Source of the DNA: Gemmatimonadota bacterium
GTDB taxonomy: Bacteria; Gemmatimonadota; Gemmatimonadetes; Gemmatimonadales; GWC2-71-9
NCBI GenBank assembly: GCA_039930765.1
Contig: JBDTTF010000285.1
Span: 69,185-133,184 of the forward strand
DNA: 64,000 nucleotides
Reading direction: 5' to 3'
Shown here: piece by piece, positions 50,479 through 61,100 of the stretch
Layout of the letters: each line of letters opens with the position of its first letter
Position numbering within the stretch: the first letter of the stretch is position 1
Notes under the pieces: generated by a model
Databases searched by the model: none
The model's input: the letters and a program-made list of their open reading frames with translations, nothing else
What the model was told of the DNA's origin: nothing
Translations under genes and position numbers: made by a program

Positions 50479-51455
50479 CAGCGCGGTCGCAGTACCGCCG
50501 GCTGGCGGGCCACCGCCTCCGCGACTTCGAGTGCCAGCCGCAAGGCCGCGCGGCCCTCTTCCCCGGTGACCACCGGGTCCCGCCCGCCCTGCACCGCGTG
50601 CACGAAACTCTCAAGCTCCATCCGAAGGGCATCACCGTCAGGGGCTTCGAGGGGAATCGATTCGACCACGTCATCGAGGCGGGCACCGGTTCCGGGGCGC
50701 CAGCCGCTCCGCAAACGCAGAAACTCACCGCCCCCGCTGGCCAGATCCAGCGACAGATAGCCGGTCGGCTGGAAGATCCGGAGTTTGCGGACCCGGTCAC
50801 GGGCCAGCCGGGAGGTGGTCACATTGGCGATTGCGCCGCCGGCAAACTCGACCCGGGCGTTGGTCATGTCGAGATGGGGAGAGAGCACCGCCACGCCCGA
50901 GGCCCGCACGTCAGTCGCCTCGGCGCCGCCGAGGAGGTGCAGGATCAGGTCGAGGTCGTGAATCATCAGGTCAAGAATCACGGCCACATCGGTTCCGCGC
51001 GGCTGAAAGGGCGCCAGCCGCTGGCTCTCGAAATACATCGGCTGGTCGAGCCAGGGACGGGCCGCCCGGATGGCGCGATTGAATCGCTCGATATGCCCGA
51101 CCTGAAGCTGGACTCCCCTGGAGCCTGCCGCGGCGATCAGGTTATCGGCTTCGGCCACGGTCTGTGCCAGTGGCTTTTCCATCAGTACCGCGATGCCCCG
51201 CTCCAGTACCCGCAGTCCGACGGTCTCGTGCGAGGGGGTCGGCACCGCAATGGTGACCGCCTTGACCCGGCCAAGCAGGTCATCGAGATCGTGATACGCC
51301 CTGGTGCCGGCCTGGGCCGCGATTTCACGGGCCCGGGTCGGATTGTGATCGTACACCCCGACCAGCTCGGCATCCGGCAACGAGGCCAGGTGGCGGGCGT
51401 GATGCTGCCCCAGGGCGCCAACCCCGACGACCCCGACCGGGACCCGAGCGGTCAT
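50478..51455 (-). CDS. Gfo/Idh/MocA-family NAD(P)-dependent oxidoreductase (GnnA candidate)
   Basis: VGVVGVGALGQHHA Rossmann motif; EKPLA motif. Embedded between lpxA and lpxB. Confidence 0.85.
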   Translation of the reverse strand: MTARVPVGVVGVGALGQHHARHLASLPDAELVGVYDHNPTRAREIAAQAGTRAYHDLDDLLGRVKAVTIAVPTPSHETVGLRVLERGIAVLMEKPLAQTVAEADNLIAAAGSRGVQLQVGHIERFNRAIRAARPWLDQPMYFESQRLAPFQPRGTDVAVILDLMIHDLDLILHLLGGAEATDVRASGVAVLSPHLDMTNARVEFAGGAIANVTTSRLARDRVRKLRIFQPTGYLSLDLASGGGEFLRLRSGWRPGTGARLDDVVESIPLEAPDGDALRMELESFVHAVQGGRDPVVTGEEGRAALRLALEVAEAVARQPAVLRPR

Positions 51456-52228
51456 GCCGGCACGCCGCGGGCGGAAGACTCGACAAAGGCGATGAACCGC
51501 TCGACTTCCGGCAGCGCCGGCAGGTCGATGCGGGCCCGCTCCAGGGCCTGCGACAGGTTCAGTTCGCTATTGAAGAACAGGCGGTAGGCCCGCTTGAGCG
51601 CGGCGGTGGTGTCATTCGGGAAACCGGCGCGCTGCAGGCCGATGGTGTTGAGGCCGTACAACTCCATCGGATTGCCGACCGCCTTGACGTACGGCGGGAT
51701 GTCCTGATTGACCCGGGTGGCGCCACCGACAAATGCGAACGACCCGATGGTCACGAACTGGTGGACCGCGTTGAGTCCCGACAGAGTGGCACGATCGTGA
51801 ATCGTCACGTGGCCGGCCAGCTGGGTACTGTTGGCGATGATGACCCCATCCCCGACCCTGCAATCGTGGGCGATGTGCACGTAGGTCATGATGTAGCAGT
51901 TGGCGCCGACGGTGGTTCGACCGGTGGCCGGGGTACCCCGGTGAATCGTCGAATATTCGCGCACCGTGGTGCCGTCGCCGACTTCGACCCAGGTTTCCTC
52001 GCCCTTGTACGAAAAATCCTGGGGCGCGACGCCCAGGATCGCGCCGGCGCCGAGTGTCACCCGTTCGCCGAGCCGGACATTGCGCTCCAGGATGACATGC
52101 GGCCCGATGGTGCTGCCGGCACCGATCGTGACCTTGGGCCCGATGATGGTGAACGGTCCCACCGACACCCCATTGCCCAGCTCGGCCGATGGATCGATGA
52201 TGGCGCTCGGGTGGATCTCGGCCGTCAT
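51452..52228 (-). CDS. lpxA: Acyl-ACP--UDP-N-acetylglucosamine O-acyltransferase
   Basis: Hexapeptide beta-helix, IHPSAIIDPSAELGNGVSVGPF; C-terminal helical domain. Confidence 0.93.
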   Translation of the reverse strand: MTAEIHPSAIIDPSAELGNGVSVGPFTIIGPKVTIGAGSTIGPHVILERNVRLGERVTLGAGAILGVAPQDFSYKGEETWVEVGDGTTVREYSTIHRGTPATGRTTVGANCYIMTYVHIAHDCRVGDGVIIANSTQLAGHVTIHDRATLSGLNAVHQFVTIGSFAFVGGATRVNQDIPPYVKAVGNPMELYGLNTIGLQRAGFPNDTTAALKRAYRLFFNSELNLSQALERARIDLPALPEVERFIAFVESSARGVPA

Positions 52229-53502
52229 TTATCGACCACCCGCGCCATCATCTCAGCCTCGGCGGCCACCTGCCCGTCCACCAGCGCCACGCCCTTCATC
52301 CGGCAGGTCTTGCCGCGGAACTGGACCATTTCGAGTTCGAAGCGGAGCTGGTCGCCGGGCACGACCGGGCGGCGGAACTTCACGGCATCGAGCGACATGA
52401 AGTACACGACCTTCTCGGCCCGATCCTCGACCGATCCCATCAGCAGCATCCCGCCGACCTGGGCCATGGCCTCGATGATCAGCACCCCCGGCATGATCGG
52501 ATGCCCGGGGAAATGTCCCTGGAAGAACGGCTCGTTGATCGTGACGTTCTTGATGCCGACAATCCGCGATTTCCCCTCGATCTCGATGATCCGGTCCACC
52601 AGCAGGAAGGGGTACCGATGGGGAATGACGTCGAGGATCTGGCCGATATCCATGGCGACCCCGCCACTGCGCTGGCCGGTGCGGGCCAGCGCGCGCACCA
52701 GCGCCACATTGCCATGATGGCTCGGACGGGTGGCGACGATGTGGGCCTGGACCCGGCCACCGACCAGCGCCAGATCGCCGGCAATGTCGCCGACTTTGTG
52801 CCGGACGAATTCGTCCGCCCACCGCAGCGTGGTGCCTTCCACTCCGTCGCGGGTCAGCGCGATGGCGTTGCTGGTCGAGGCACCGAGGGCCAGCCCCCGG
52901 GCCTTGAGCGACTCGAATTCGTCGACGAAGCCGAAGGTCCTGGCCGCGGCCAGCTCCCGGCCGAACGCCTCGGGCGTGATATCGTAGCTGCCGGTCTGCC
53001 GCCCGATCAGCGGATGCTCCCACTCCACCATCGTGGTGATCCGCAGCGATTTGAACGGCGAGATCACGTACACCGAATCGCCTTCCGTCACCTGGAACGG
53101 CGCCTGGACCTTGTAGATGACCGGGTCGCCGGGATGGTCGATGGGGCCGGCCTCACTCAGCGCCTTGAACCAGGGCTGGAACGAGCCATCGAGAATCGGC
53201 GGCTCCGGGCCGTCGAGTCCGATCTCGAGATCGTCGATGCCCAGCCCGGTCACCGCGGCCAGCAGGTGTTCGACGGTGTGAATGGTGGCGTTGCCCTTGC
53301 CGATCGAGGTTCGGCGCTCGGTGGCCTCCACCTCGCTGAGCCGGGCCGGAATCTCGGGAGTGCCGGCCAGGTCAGTGCGGCGGAAGACAATGCCGCGGCC
53401 AGCGACGGCCGGGCGCAGGATAGCGGTGGTCTGCACACCGGTGTGCAGACCAATGCCGCTCAGGCGGGATTCGCGTTCAATCGTTCGACGGGCCATCGAC
53501 AC
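52225..53502 (-). CDS. lpxC-fabZ: Bifunctional UDP-3-O-acyl-GlcNAc deacetylase / 3-hydroxyacyl-ACP dehydratase (LpxC-FabZ fusion)
   Basis: N-terminal LpxC (SGIGLHTG...HTVEHLLAA). C-terminal FabZ (HRYPFLLVDRI...GHFPGHPIMPGVLIIEAMAQ). Confidence 0.92.
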   Translation of the reverse strand: MSMARRTIERESRLSGIGLHTGVQTTAILRPAVAGRGIVFRRTDLAGTPEIPARLSEVEATERRTSIGKGNATIHTVEHLLAAVTGLGIDDLEIGLDGPEPPILDGSFQPWFKALSEAGPIDHPGDPVIYKVQAPFQVTEGDSVYVISPFKSLRITTMVEWEHPLIGRQTGSYDITPEAFGRELAAARTFGFVDEFESLKARGLALGASTSNAIALTRDGVEGTTLRWADEFVRHKVGDIAGDLALVGGRVQAHIVATRPSHHGNVALVRALARTGQRSGGVAMDIGQILDVIPHRYPFLLVDRIIEIEGKSRIVGIKNVTINEPFFQGHFPGHPIMPGVLIIEAMAQVGGMLLMGSVEDRAEKVVYFMSLDAVKFRRPVVPGDQLRFELEMVQFRGKTCRMKGVALVDGQVAAEAEMMARVVDK

Positions 53503-54526
53503 CTCGCTCAGCGAGCAGGTTGATCAGGGCCTTGGCATGGGGCGCGAGGGAATACATCGCGGCCTGCGCCTTCAGGAAGTCGCGTTGCGGACGGGCCGGA
53601 TAGCCACCGATGGTGAGTCCGGCCGCCACATCGCCGAATACACCGCTCATCGCGGCAATCCGCACCCCGGTTCCGATCCTGGCATGATCGCGGATGCCGG
53701 TGCCGCCGGCGGCGATGACCCCGTCCCCGAGCCGAACACTGCCGGCCAGGAGCACTCCCGCCATGATCAGGCAATGCTCGCCAAGCCGGCAGTTGTGCCC
53801 GATATGGACCAGGTTGTCGAGCTTGGTTCCCCGCCCGATGATGGTGTCGTCGAGCCGGCCGCGATCGATGCAGCTGCCGGAACCGACTTCGACATCATCC
53901 TCCAGAACCGCCCGGCCCACGTGCTGCAACGCCGTATGACCCGACCCATCGGAGTCGTAGCCGAAGCCCCGGCCCCCGATCACGGCACCCGCCTTGAGCA
54001 GGACCCGGTTGCCCAGCACCGTCCCGGCATAGCAAATGACCCGGGCGTCGAGCTGGCAATCATCCCCGATGATCACGCTGTCCCCGAGCACCACACCGGC
54101 CTCGAGCACCGCCCGAGCGCCCAGCCTGGAATTGGCTCCCACAACCACCTGCGGCCCGATCGAAACGTCGGGACCGAGCACGACCCCGCGTCCGAGGATG
54201 GCTGAGGAGTGGATGCCGGGAACCGCGACCAGCGGCGGATGAAAGTGCAGCAGGAGCTTCTCGACGGCACTCGAGACATCGGCCACGACGATCCGAACCT
54301 GGGGCCCGCCGGCCTCCGTGGCGCTGGCTTCATCAACCACTACCGCGCCCGCCTTCGAGGCCCGAAAGTACGACAGGTACCTGGCGGAGACAAGAAAGGA
54401 AAGGTCCGCCGGACCGGCGCTCTCCAGCGACCGCACACCGGTCAGCCGAATGCTGCCCGATCCGACAAGGCGGCCACCGACCAGGTCGGCGACCGCCTGC
54501 GGATTCATTTCCGGCCGATCAATCAC
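53477..54526 (-). CDS. lpxD: UDP-3-O-acylglucosamine N-acyltransferase
   Basis: N-terminal uridine-binding domain plus long hexapeptide helix (HIGHNCRLGEHCLI). Confidence 0.92.
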   Translation of the reverse strand: MIDRPEMNPQAVADLVGGRLVGSGSIRLTGVRSLESAGPADLSFLVSARYLSYFRASKAGAVVVDEASATEAGGPQVRIVVADVSSAVEKLLLHFHPPLVAVPGIHSSAILGRGVVLGPDVSIGPQVVVGANSRLGARAVLEAGVVLGDSVIIGDDCQLDARVICYAGTVLGNRVLLKAGAVIGGRGFGYDSDGSGHTALQHVGRAVLEDDVEVGSGSCIDRGRLDDTIIGRGTKLDNLVHIGHNCRLGEHCLIMAGVLLAGSVRLGDGVIAAGGTGIRDHARIGTGVRIAAMSGVFGDVAAGLTIGGYPARPQRDFLKAQAAMYSLAPHAKALINLLAERGVDGPSND

Positions 54527-54527
54527 G

Positions 54528-55061
54528 CTACTTCGCGTTCTTGAGACGCTCGGCCAGCTGCTGAGTCAGGTCGAGCGATTTATCGGCCGCCACGATGCCC
54601 GACTGACCACCCCCGACGTCAAAGATGATGCTGTAGCCGCCCTCGGACCGAAGGGTCTCGATCAGAGTGCTGACCTTGGATTGAATCGGGTCCAGCAGTT
54701 CCCGCTCGCGGGCAGCGGCCTTCTGCTGGATTTCCTGGTTCCGGGCCTCGAGCTGGCGGTTCTTGTCTTCCAGCTCCTTGCGCTTGGCCGTCCGGGCGCT
54801 CGGGGACAGCAGCACCGACGATTGCTCGAAGTCCTGTCCGGCCGAGTCGAGGGTCTGCTGCATCTTGGCCAACTCGGCGCGGTAGCCCTCGACCTCCTTG
54901 GCAAACAGCGACTCGGCCTTGGCGTATTCCGGTGCGGCGGCCAGGACCGCCCGGACATTGACGAAGGCAAACTTCGCCGCCGGCGCCACCTGGGCCTCCG
55001 CCGATCCTGCAATGGCGAGAAGCAGGCCGGCCGCGGCCACGACTCTACGAAGTGAAGGCAT
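54528..55061 (-). CDS. skp: OmpH/Skp-family periplasmic chaperone
   Basis: ATG 55061 gives signal peptide MPSLRRVVAAAGLLLAIAGSAEAQ. Coiled-coil body; bamA-skp-lpxD synteny. Confidence 0.8.
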   Translation of the reverse strand: MPSLRRVVAAAGLLLAIAGSAEAQVAPAAKFAFVNVRAVLAAAPEYAKAESLFAKEVEGYRAELAKMQQTLDSAGQDFEQSSVLLSPSARTAKRKELEDKNRQLEARNQEIQQKAAARERELLDPIQSKVSTLIETLRSEGGYSIIFDVGGGQSGIVAADKSLDLTQQLAERLKNAK

Positions 55062-55099
55062 TCCGACTCCATGGTAAAATGGTGACACGAGTGCATGCC

Positions 55100-57472
55100 T
55101 CAGAAGAAGTTGCCGAGGCGAAAATGCAGTTTCCAGCCAGGCTTGGGCTTGCCGAAGGTATCGGTGCGGTCGAAACCGTACGCCAGGTCGAGACCGATCG
55201 GACCCAGCGGGGAGACGATGGCCGCGCCGACGCCAGCGCCCTTGAACAGGCGGCTGGGGTCATACTGGCGAGCCGTCCGATAGACGTTGCCGGCATCCAT
55301 GAAGGTGTCAAAATACAGTGACTGACTGAGCCGGGCACCGATTTCGACGCTGAAGGAGGCGTAGGCCTTGCCGAAGGAATTCACCCCGGCGGCGTTGTTG
55401 CCGCTGGCGGTGGGATCGAATCCATCCGGCGTGATCGAGAACTCGTTGTAGCCCCGCAGTGGTATGCCGTACTGGGTACCACCCATCGAGTAGAGTTCGG
55501 TGTAGAACGGACCGGCGTCGCCGAAGATGAAGCCCGATTTGGCGGTCAGTCCCAGCACCATCCGGATCCCGCTGCCAAGCTGGGAGTTGCCGCCGATGAC
55601 GCCGAGCGGGGTGTACCAGCGGCCATCGAGGTCAGCCTTGAAGTAGTTGCCGCTGCCGCCGAGGAACCCGCCGTTGTACTCGCCCGAGATTGTGGCCTGC
55701 TGGCCGGCGGTCGGAAAGGGCAGGTCAATCCGGGTGTCCCGCACCAGGCTGGCGCCCAGGGTGGAACGGGTGCAGCCACTGCAGATGAACTGCTGCTGCA
55801 GCTCGGTGGACCCGCCCTCATACGAAATCTTCTGCAACCCGTACGTGGTGAAGATCCTGGTATAGCGGTCGGCAAAGAACGGGAACCCGGCCTGAAGCGA
55901 GAATCCGCGCTGCCGGCGGCGGCCGAGGTCGCCGATGGTGAAGCGTTGCCGGGAGTCGAACAGCGAAACCGTGCCCGAGACCCGGGACTCGTTGATGGCG
56001 GGGTCGGTATAGCTCAGCGTGAAGTCGTTGATGTTGCTGCCGAACTGCCATTGCAGGCTGCCCCGCTTGCCGCGACCGAACAGGTTCGGCTCCTGCAGCC
56101 CGAGGAATCCACCCAGCCCGGTTCCCTGCCCCAGCGACGCGCCGAAGTTGATGTTGCCGGTGCGCTTTTCCTGGACCCGGAAAACGATGTTGACGTCGAC
56201 CCCGTTGGAGGTCGGCTGGACATCGGGCCCCGCCATCGGCTGCTGGAAGAAGCCCAGGTTCGAGATGTTCTGGTACGAGCGGATCAGCTTGTCGCGGTTG
56301 AACAGCTCACCCGGCAGCATGACGATCGCCTCGCGGATCACCCGCTCATGGGTGACGTCGTTGCCCAGGATCTCGATCTTGTTGATGGTGGCGGGTGGGC
56401 CTTCCTGGATGTTCCAGCGGAGGTCGATGAAATTCCTGCCGTCGGCGGTGGCCCGGCGGGTTTCCTGCGGATTGACCGCGGCGTAGATGTATCCGTTGTT
56501 GTTGTACAGCGTCTTGATCGATTCGGTCGCCTTGTCCCACTGGGTCCGGTTGAACACCGGATGTTCCTGGCCCAGCGAGTCCGCCAGCACCGAATTGCCG
56601 AACGGATACAGGGTCGAGATTTCTTCGGTCGAGAACCGGCGATTGCCCACCACGTCGAAGCTGCCCACCCGATAGACATTGCCCTCGATGACCGCCAGGT
56701 CGAGCGAGGCCTTGCCGCTCACCGAGTCGACGGCGAGTGAATCATGGGTGACCTGGAAATCGATGTAGCCATTTTCGGAGTAGAACAGGGGCAGCCGCTC
56801 CCGAAGGTCCTGGGACAGCCGGTCGTCGTCGAGGCGTCCGTTCTGGAACCACCAGAAGCCCTCGGGACGGGTGGCCATGTGGTCGACCAGCTTCTGGTCC
56901 CTGAAGGCGGCATTGCCATCGACGGTGACCTGGCTGACCGCGACCCGCTTGCCTTCATGAATCAGGAAGACCACCCGCACATTACCGTTGTCCTGCGGCA
57001 GCTGCTGGACCTCGACCCTGGCCTCGTAGTAGCCCTGGGCCCGGTACACTGAATCAACCGCGCCCTTGGACCGGGCCAGCGCGGCCCGATCGAGCGGCCG
57101 CCCGTTGGTCAGCTTGATCCGCTCCTTCACCGAGCTTTCAGACAGCCGGCTGGCCCCGACCACACTCCACCGTTCCATGACCGGTCGCTCCGTGATCTGG
57201 ATGACCAGGGTCTTGCCGCTGTCACTGCGCTGGAGAATCTCGACGTTGTCGAACTGGCCGGTCTTGTAGAGCGCGGTGACAGCCCGCTGGATGTCGCGGT
57301 AGCTGATCGAGGAATGGATCACCAGGCCGGCGGTGCCGATGACCTGGCCCGTGGCGACGCGGTGATTGCCCTCGACGATGATGGTGTCGAGAGTGGGGGT
57401 CGCCTGGTCCTGGGCCCGGGCAATGACGGGCAAGAGCAGGCCGATGAAGGCGGCGATGAAGCGGCGGGCCAT
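55100..57472 (-). CDS. bamA: Outer membrane protein assembly factor BamA
   Basis: Signal peptide, five POTRA-like repeats (IIVEGNHRV...), C-terminal beta-barrel ending KLHFRLGNFF. Confidence 0.93.
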   Translation of the reverse strand: MARRFIAAFIGLLLPVIARAQDQATPTLDTIIVEGNHRVATGQVIGTAGLVIHSSISYRDIQRAVTALYKTGQFDNVEILQRSDSGKTLVIQITERPVMERWSVVGASRLSESSVKERIKLTNGRPLDRAALARSKGAVDSVYRAQGYYEARVEVQQLPQDNGNVRVVFLIHEGKRVAVSQVTVDGNAAFRDQKLVDHMATRPEGFWWFQNGRLDDDRLSQDLRERLPLFYSENGYIDFQVTHDSLAVDSVSGKASLDLAVIEGNVYRVGSFDVVGNRRFSTEEISTLYPFGNSVLADSLGQEHPVFNRTQWDKATESIKTLYNNNGYIYAAVNPQETRRATADGRNFIDLRWNIQEGPPATINKIEILGNDVTHERVIREAIVMLPGELFNRDKLIRSYQNISNLGFFQQPMAGPDVQPTSNGVDVNIVFRVQEKRTGNINFGASLGQGTGLGGFLGLQEPNLFGRGKRGSLQWQFGSNINDFTLSYTDPAINESRVSGTVSLFDSRQRFTIGDLGRRRQRGFSLQAGFPFFADRYTRIFTTYGLQKISYEGGSTELQQQFICSGCTRSTLGASLVRDTRIDLPFPTAGQQATISGEYNGGFLGGSGNYFKADLDGRWYTPLGVIGGNSQLGSGIRMVLGLTAKSGFIFGDAGPFYTELYSMGGTQYGIPLRGYNEFSITPDGFDPTASGNNAAGVNSFGKAYASFSVEIGARLSQSLYFDTFMDAGNVYRTARQYDPSRLFKGAGVGAAIVSPLGPIGLDLAYGFDRTDTFGKPKPGWKLHFRLGNFF

Positions 57473-57494
57473 GAAGTACGGAAAACGCGAGGGC

Positions 57495-57514
57495 GGCTTC
57501 CCAGCCGGGAAGCC
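57495..57514 (-). terminator. GC-rich hairpin between clpC and bamA (possible attenuator or weak terminator)
   Basis: GGCTTCCC-nnnn-GGGAAGCC 8-bp stem in the 54-bp gap. The T-run on the minus strand is separated from the stem by 9 nt, so intrinsic termination is doubtful. Confidence 0.3.
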
Positions 57515-57526
57515 ACCCGTCAGGCG

Positions 57527-60013
57527 TCAGGCCTTCGAAGAGCTGGTCAGCGCACGAAAGGCGAGCTTGTCGCCCTCGGGAGCCAGATCGACTTCGATCT
57601 CCTCACCCCGGCCGAAATCGCCGGAGAGGATTCTTTCACTCAGCGGATCCTCGATGTACTTCTGGATCGATCGCTTGAGCGGACGGGCACCATAGTTCTG
57701 GTCGTAGCCCTTCTCGACCAGGAAATCGATGGCGGCAGGAGTCAGCCGCACTTCGTCGCCGAGCCGGCGCTGCACTTCCTTGAGCAGAATCGTGACCACC
57801 TTGGCGATGTGCTCCTTGGACAGCGGGTGGAAGATGATGACATCATCCAGCCGGTTCAGGAACTCGGGGTTGAACACCTTGTTGAGCTCTTCCTTGATCT
57901 TGTCCGACATCTTGTCGAACGAGGTCTTCACGTCACTGCCCTGGAACCCCAGCGTCTTGCCCTGCATGATGTCCCGGGCGCCGACGTTGGAGGTCATGAT
58001 CACGACCGTGTTCTTGAAGTCGATGACCCGGCCGTAGTTGTCGGTCAGCCGGCCTTCGTCGAGCACCTGCAGCAGGATGTTGAACACGTCCGGATGGGCC
58101 TTTTCGATTTCATCCAGCAGCACGACCGAATAGGGCTTGCGGCGCACGGCCTTGGTCAGGGCACCGGAGTCCTCATAACCCACATATCCCGGCGGGGCGC
58201 CGATCAGGCGGCTGACCGAGAATTTTTCCATGTACTCCGACATGTCGACCCGGATCAGGGCCGATGAATCAGCGAACAGGAACCGGGCCAGGGCCCGGGC
58301 AAGTTCGGTCTTGCCCACGCCGGTCGGGCCGCAGAACACGAACGAACCGATGGGATGGTTGGGATCCTTGAGCCCGGCGCGTGAGCGGCGGATGGCCCGG
58401 CTGATGGCCTTGATGGCCTCGTCCTGGCCGACCACACTGCTGTGCAGCTCGTCCTCCATCCGGAGCAGTCTCGCGGCCTCCGCCTCCTGCAGCCGGGTGA
58501 CGGGAATCCCGGTCCAGCGGGACACGATGAAGGCAATCGCTTCTTCGTCGATCACCGGACGGCGGGTCTGCCGTTCCTTTTCCCAGTCGTCCTGCTTCAG
58601 CCGGATCTGGTTCTGCAATTCGCGCTCGCGATCCCGCAGCGAGGCGGCCCGCTCGAAGTTCTGATCGCGGACGGCATCTTCCTTCTGCAGGTTGACCTTA
58701 TCCAGCTCCAGCTTGAGCTCGGCGACTTCCGCCGGCGGCGCCTGGGACGCCAGCCGCGCCCGGGCCCCGGCCTCATCGATCACGTCGATGGCCTTGTCCG
58801 GCAGGAACCGGTCGGTGATGTACCGCTCCGACAGGCTGGCCGCCGCCGACAGCGTGGCGTCGGGGATCGAGACCCGGTGATGATCCTCGTATTTCTTGCG
58901 CAGCCCCTTGAGGATCTCGACGGTCTCGGGAATCGAGGGCGGCTCGACCATGACGGTCTGGAACCGCCGTTCGAGGGCGCCGTCCTTCTCGATGTACTTG
59001 CGGTACTCGTTCAGCGTCGAGGCACCGACGCACTGCAGCTCGCCACGGGCCAGCGCCGGCTTGAGCATGTTCGAGGCGTCAATGGCACCCTCGGCGGCAC
59101 CGGCACCCACCAGGGTGTGCAGCTCGTCAATGAACAAGACGATCTGCTTGTTCTGGGCAATCTCGTTCATCACGGCCTTCAGCCGCTCCTCGAACTGGCC
59201 CCGGTACTTGGTGCCGGCGATGACGGCCGCCATGTCGAGCGACAGCACCCGGTGATCCCGCAGCACATCCGGGCACTGCCCGCTGGCGATCAGCAGCGCC
59301 AGGCCTTCGACGATGGCGGTCTTGCCGACACCGGGCTCACCGATCAGGACCGGGTTGTTCTTCTTGCGACGGGCCAGGATTTCCATGACCCGTTCGATTT
59401 CCTTGGCCCGGCCGATGGTCGGGTCGAGCTGTCCTTCGGCGGCGAGCTGGGTCAGGTCGCGGCAGAAGTGATCCAGCGCCGGGGTCTTGGACTTCTTTTC
59501 CGATTTGGGGCTGGCGCTGGCGGGCGGCGTCGAGGGTGCCGATGCCTGCGGCGACTGGGTCTGCGGCATGTCGCTGCCCAGCAACCGCAGCGTCTCGGCT
59601 CGCGACTGCTCGAGGTTCACGCCCGCGTCGGTCAGCACCTGCGCCGCGATGCCCTTCTCTTCGCGCAGCAGGCCGAGCAGCAGGTGCTCGGTGCCGACAT
59701 AGCTGTGATTGAGCTCGCGAGCTTCGGTCATGGCCAGCTCGAGCACCTTCTTGGCACGCGAGGTGTACGGCAAGTCGGGTCCTGACGCAGCGGCCGCTTT
59801 GCCCTTCTTGACCGTCTCCTCGATCTTCTGCTGAATTTCCTCGAGATCGACGTTGAGGTTGGTCAGCACGGCGGCTGCCACGCCTTCGCCCTCGCGGATG
59901 AGGCCCAGCAGGATGTGCTCGGTACCGACGTATTCGTGGTGCAGCCGGGCGGCTTCTTCGCGCGCCATCTGCAGCACCTTACGAACCCGGTCAGTAAAAT
60001 TGTATCCGTTCAT
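57527..60013 (-). CDS. clpC: ATP-dependent Clp protease ATP-binding subunit ClpC
   Basis: ATG 60013 ([21 protein letters not shown] = Clp_N repeats). Two AAA+ modules ([18 protein letters not shown]) and a middle UVR-like linker. Confidence 0.93.
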   Translation of the reverse strand: MNGYNFTDRVRKVLQMAREEAARLHHEYVGTEHILLGLIREGEGVAAAVLTNLNVDLEEIQQKIEETVKKGKAAAASGPDLPYTSRAKKVLELAMTEARELNHSYVGTEHLLLGLLREEKGIAAQVLTDAGVNLEQSRAETLRLLGSDMPQTQSPQASAPSTPPASASPKSEKKSKTPALDHFCRDLTQLAAEGQLDPTIGRAKEIERVMEILARRKKNNPVLIGEPGVGKTAIVEGLALLIASGQCPDVLRDHRVLSLDMAAVIAGTKYRGQFEERLKAVMNEIAQNKQIVLFIDELHTLVGAGAAEGAIDASNMLKPALARGELQCVGASTLNEYRKYIEKDGALERRFQTVMVEPPSIPETVEILKGLRKKYEDHHRVSIPDATLSAAASLSERYITDRFLPDKAIDVIDEAGARARLASQAPPAEVAELKLELDKVNLQKEDAVRDQNFERAASLRDRERELQNQIRLKQDDWEKERQTRRPVIDEEAIAFIVSRWTGIPVTRLQEAEAARLLRMEDELHSSVVGQDEAIKAISRAIRRSRAGLKDPNHPIGSFVFCGPTGVGKTELARALARFLFADSSALIRVDMSEYMEKFSVSRLIGAPPGYVGYEDSGALTKAVRRKPYSVVLLDEIEKAHPDVFNILLQVLDEGRLTDNYGRVIDFKNTVVIMTSNVGARDIMQGKTLGFQGSDVKTSFDKMSDKIKEELNKVFNPEFLNRLDDVIIFHPLSKEHIAKVVTILLKEVQRRLGDEVRLTPAAIDFLVEKGYDQNYGARPLKRSIQKYIEDPLSERILSGDFGRGEEIEVDLAPEGDKLAFRALTSSSKA

Positions 60014-60017
60014 GGTT

Positions 60018-61100
60018 TTACCCTCTTCGAACAGCTTCAGCTTCGAGTAGTCCGCGGACGTATGCCGCCCGCCGGACCGCCAGTTCAGGATCATCCACCG
60101 CTGCCCCCTCGGCAACGGCGAGGTGAGTGGGCTGGGTGAAGATCAGCATCTTGTTCAGGGCGTAGAGACTCAGATCCTTGATCAGGCCGAGTCCCACGCC
60201 CAGCCGCACACCGGAGAGGAGATTCATCGTCTCCTCGAAGGTCAGGGTCCGGGCGTAGCGCAACAGGCCATACGCCCGCCAGACCTTGTCCTCGATGATC
60301 GCCGGCACATTGCGCCGGAGGACCAGCCGAGCCTCTTCTTCATACTCGATCACCTGGCGTACCATCTTGCCGAGGTGGTCCAGCAGATCGGGCTCCGATT
60401 GCCCGAGTGTAGTTTGATTGGAGAGCTGGAAGAAATTTCCGACGACTTCGCTGCCTTCACCGTACAGCCCGCGATGGGTCAGACCGACCTGCCCGAGACT
60501 CTGCAGTACTTTCGAGATTTCCTTGGTTAACACCAAGCCAGGCAAGTGGATAAGTACCGAGGCCCTGAGCCCTGTGCCCACATTGGTGGGGCAGGAGGTA
60601 AGGTAACCAAACTCGGGGTGAAATGCGAAGGCAAGCCGTTGTCCCAGCTCAACGTCCAGCCCCTCGACCGCTCCGGCCGCCCCGGCCAGATCGAGTCCAG
60701 AATGGAGGCCCTGGAGCCGGAGGTGGTCCTCCTCATTTACCATGATGCTCAACCGGTCCCTGACGAACAGGGCCGCCCCTGCCCGCACACCGGCGGTCCC
60801 GTCCAGCCCCGCCAATTCCCTGCTGACCAGGTGCCGTTCGTGCAGCAGGGTGCGGTCCTCGAGCTCGAGCTGATCGAGCCGGAACAGTGCCGGCCGGTGG
60901 AGGCAGACGGTCTCTGCCGCCGCGGCCGCCACCTGGCTCAGGATGTCGAGCCGCTCCCTGGCAGTATTGCGAGTCGTGAAGATCCGGCCGGACAGATTGC
61001 GGGCCAGCCGCACCCTGGTGGACAGCACCAGGTGGCTTTGTGGTCCGCTGGCATCCAGCCAGCCCATCCCCCCGTCTGCGACCAGTGACAGATCGATCAT
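60018..61100 (-). CDS. mcsB: Protein arginine kinase McsB (ATP:guanido phosphotransferase)
   Basis: VLSTRVRLARNL, GYLTSCPTNVGTGLRASV phosphagen-kinase signature. Confidence 0.9.
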   Translation of the reverse strand: MIDLSLVADGGMGWLDASGPQSHLVLSTRVRLARNLSGRIFTTRNTARERLDILSQVAAAAAETVCLHRPALFRLDQLELEDRTLLHERHLVSRELAGLDGTAGVRAGAALFVRDRLSIMVNEEDHLRLQGLHSGLDLAGAAGAVEGLDVELGQRLAFAFHPEFGYLTSCPTNVGTGLRASVLIHLPGLVLTKEISKVLQSLGQVGLTHRGLYGEGSEVVGNFFQLSNQTTLGQSEPDLLDHLGKMVRQVIEYEEEARLVLRRNVPAIIEDKVWRAYGLLRYARTLTFEETMNLLSGVRLGVGLGLIKDLSLYALNKMLIFTQPTHLAVAEGAAVDDPELAVRRAAYVRGLLEAEAVRRG

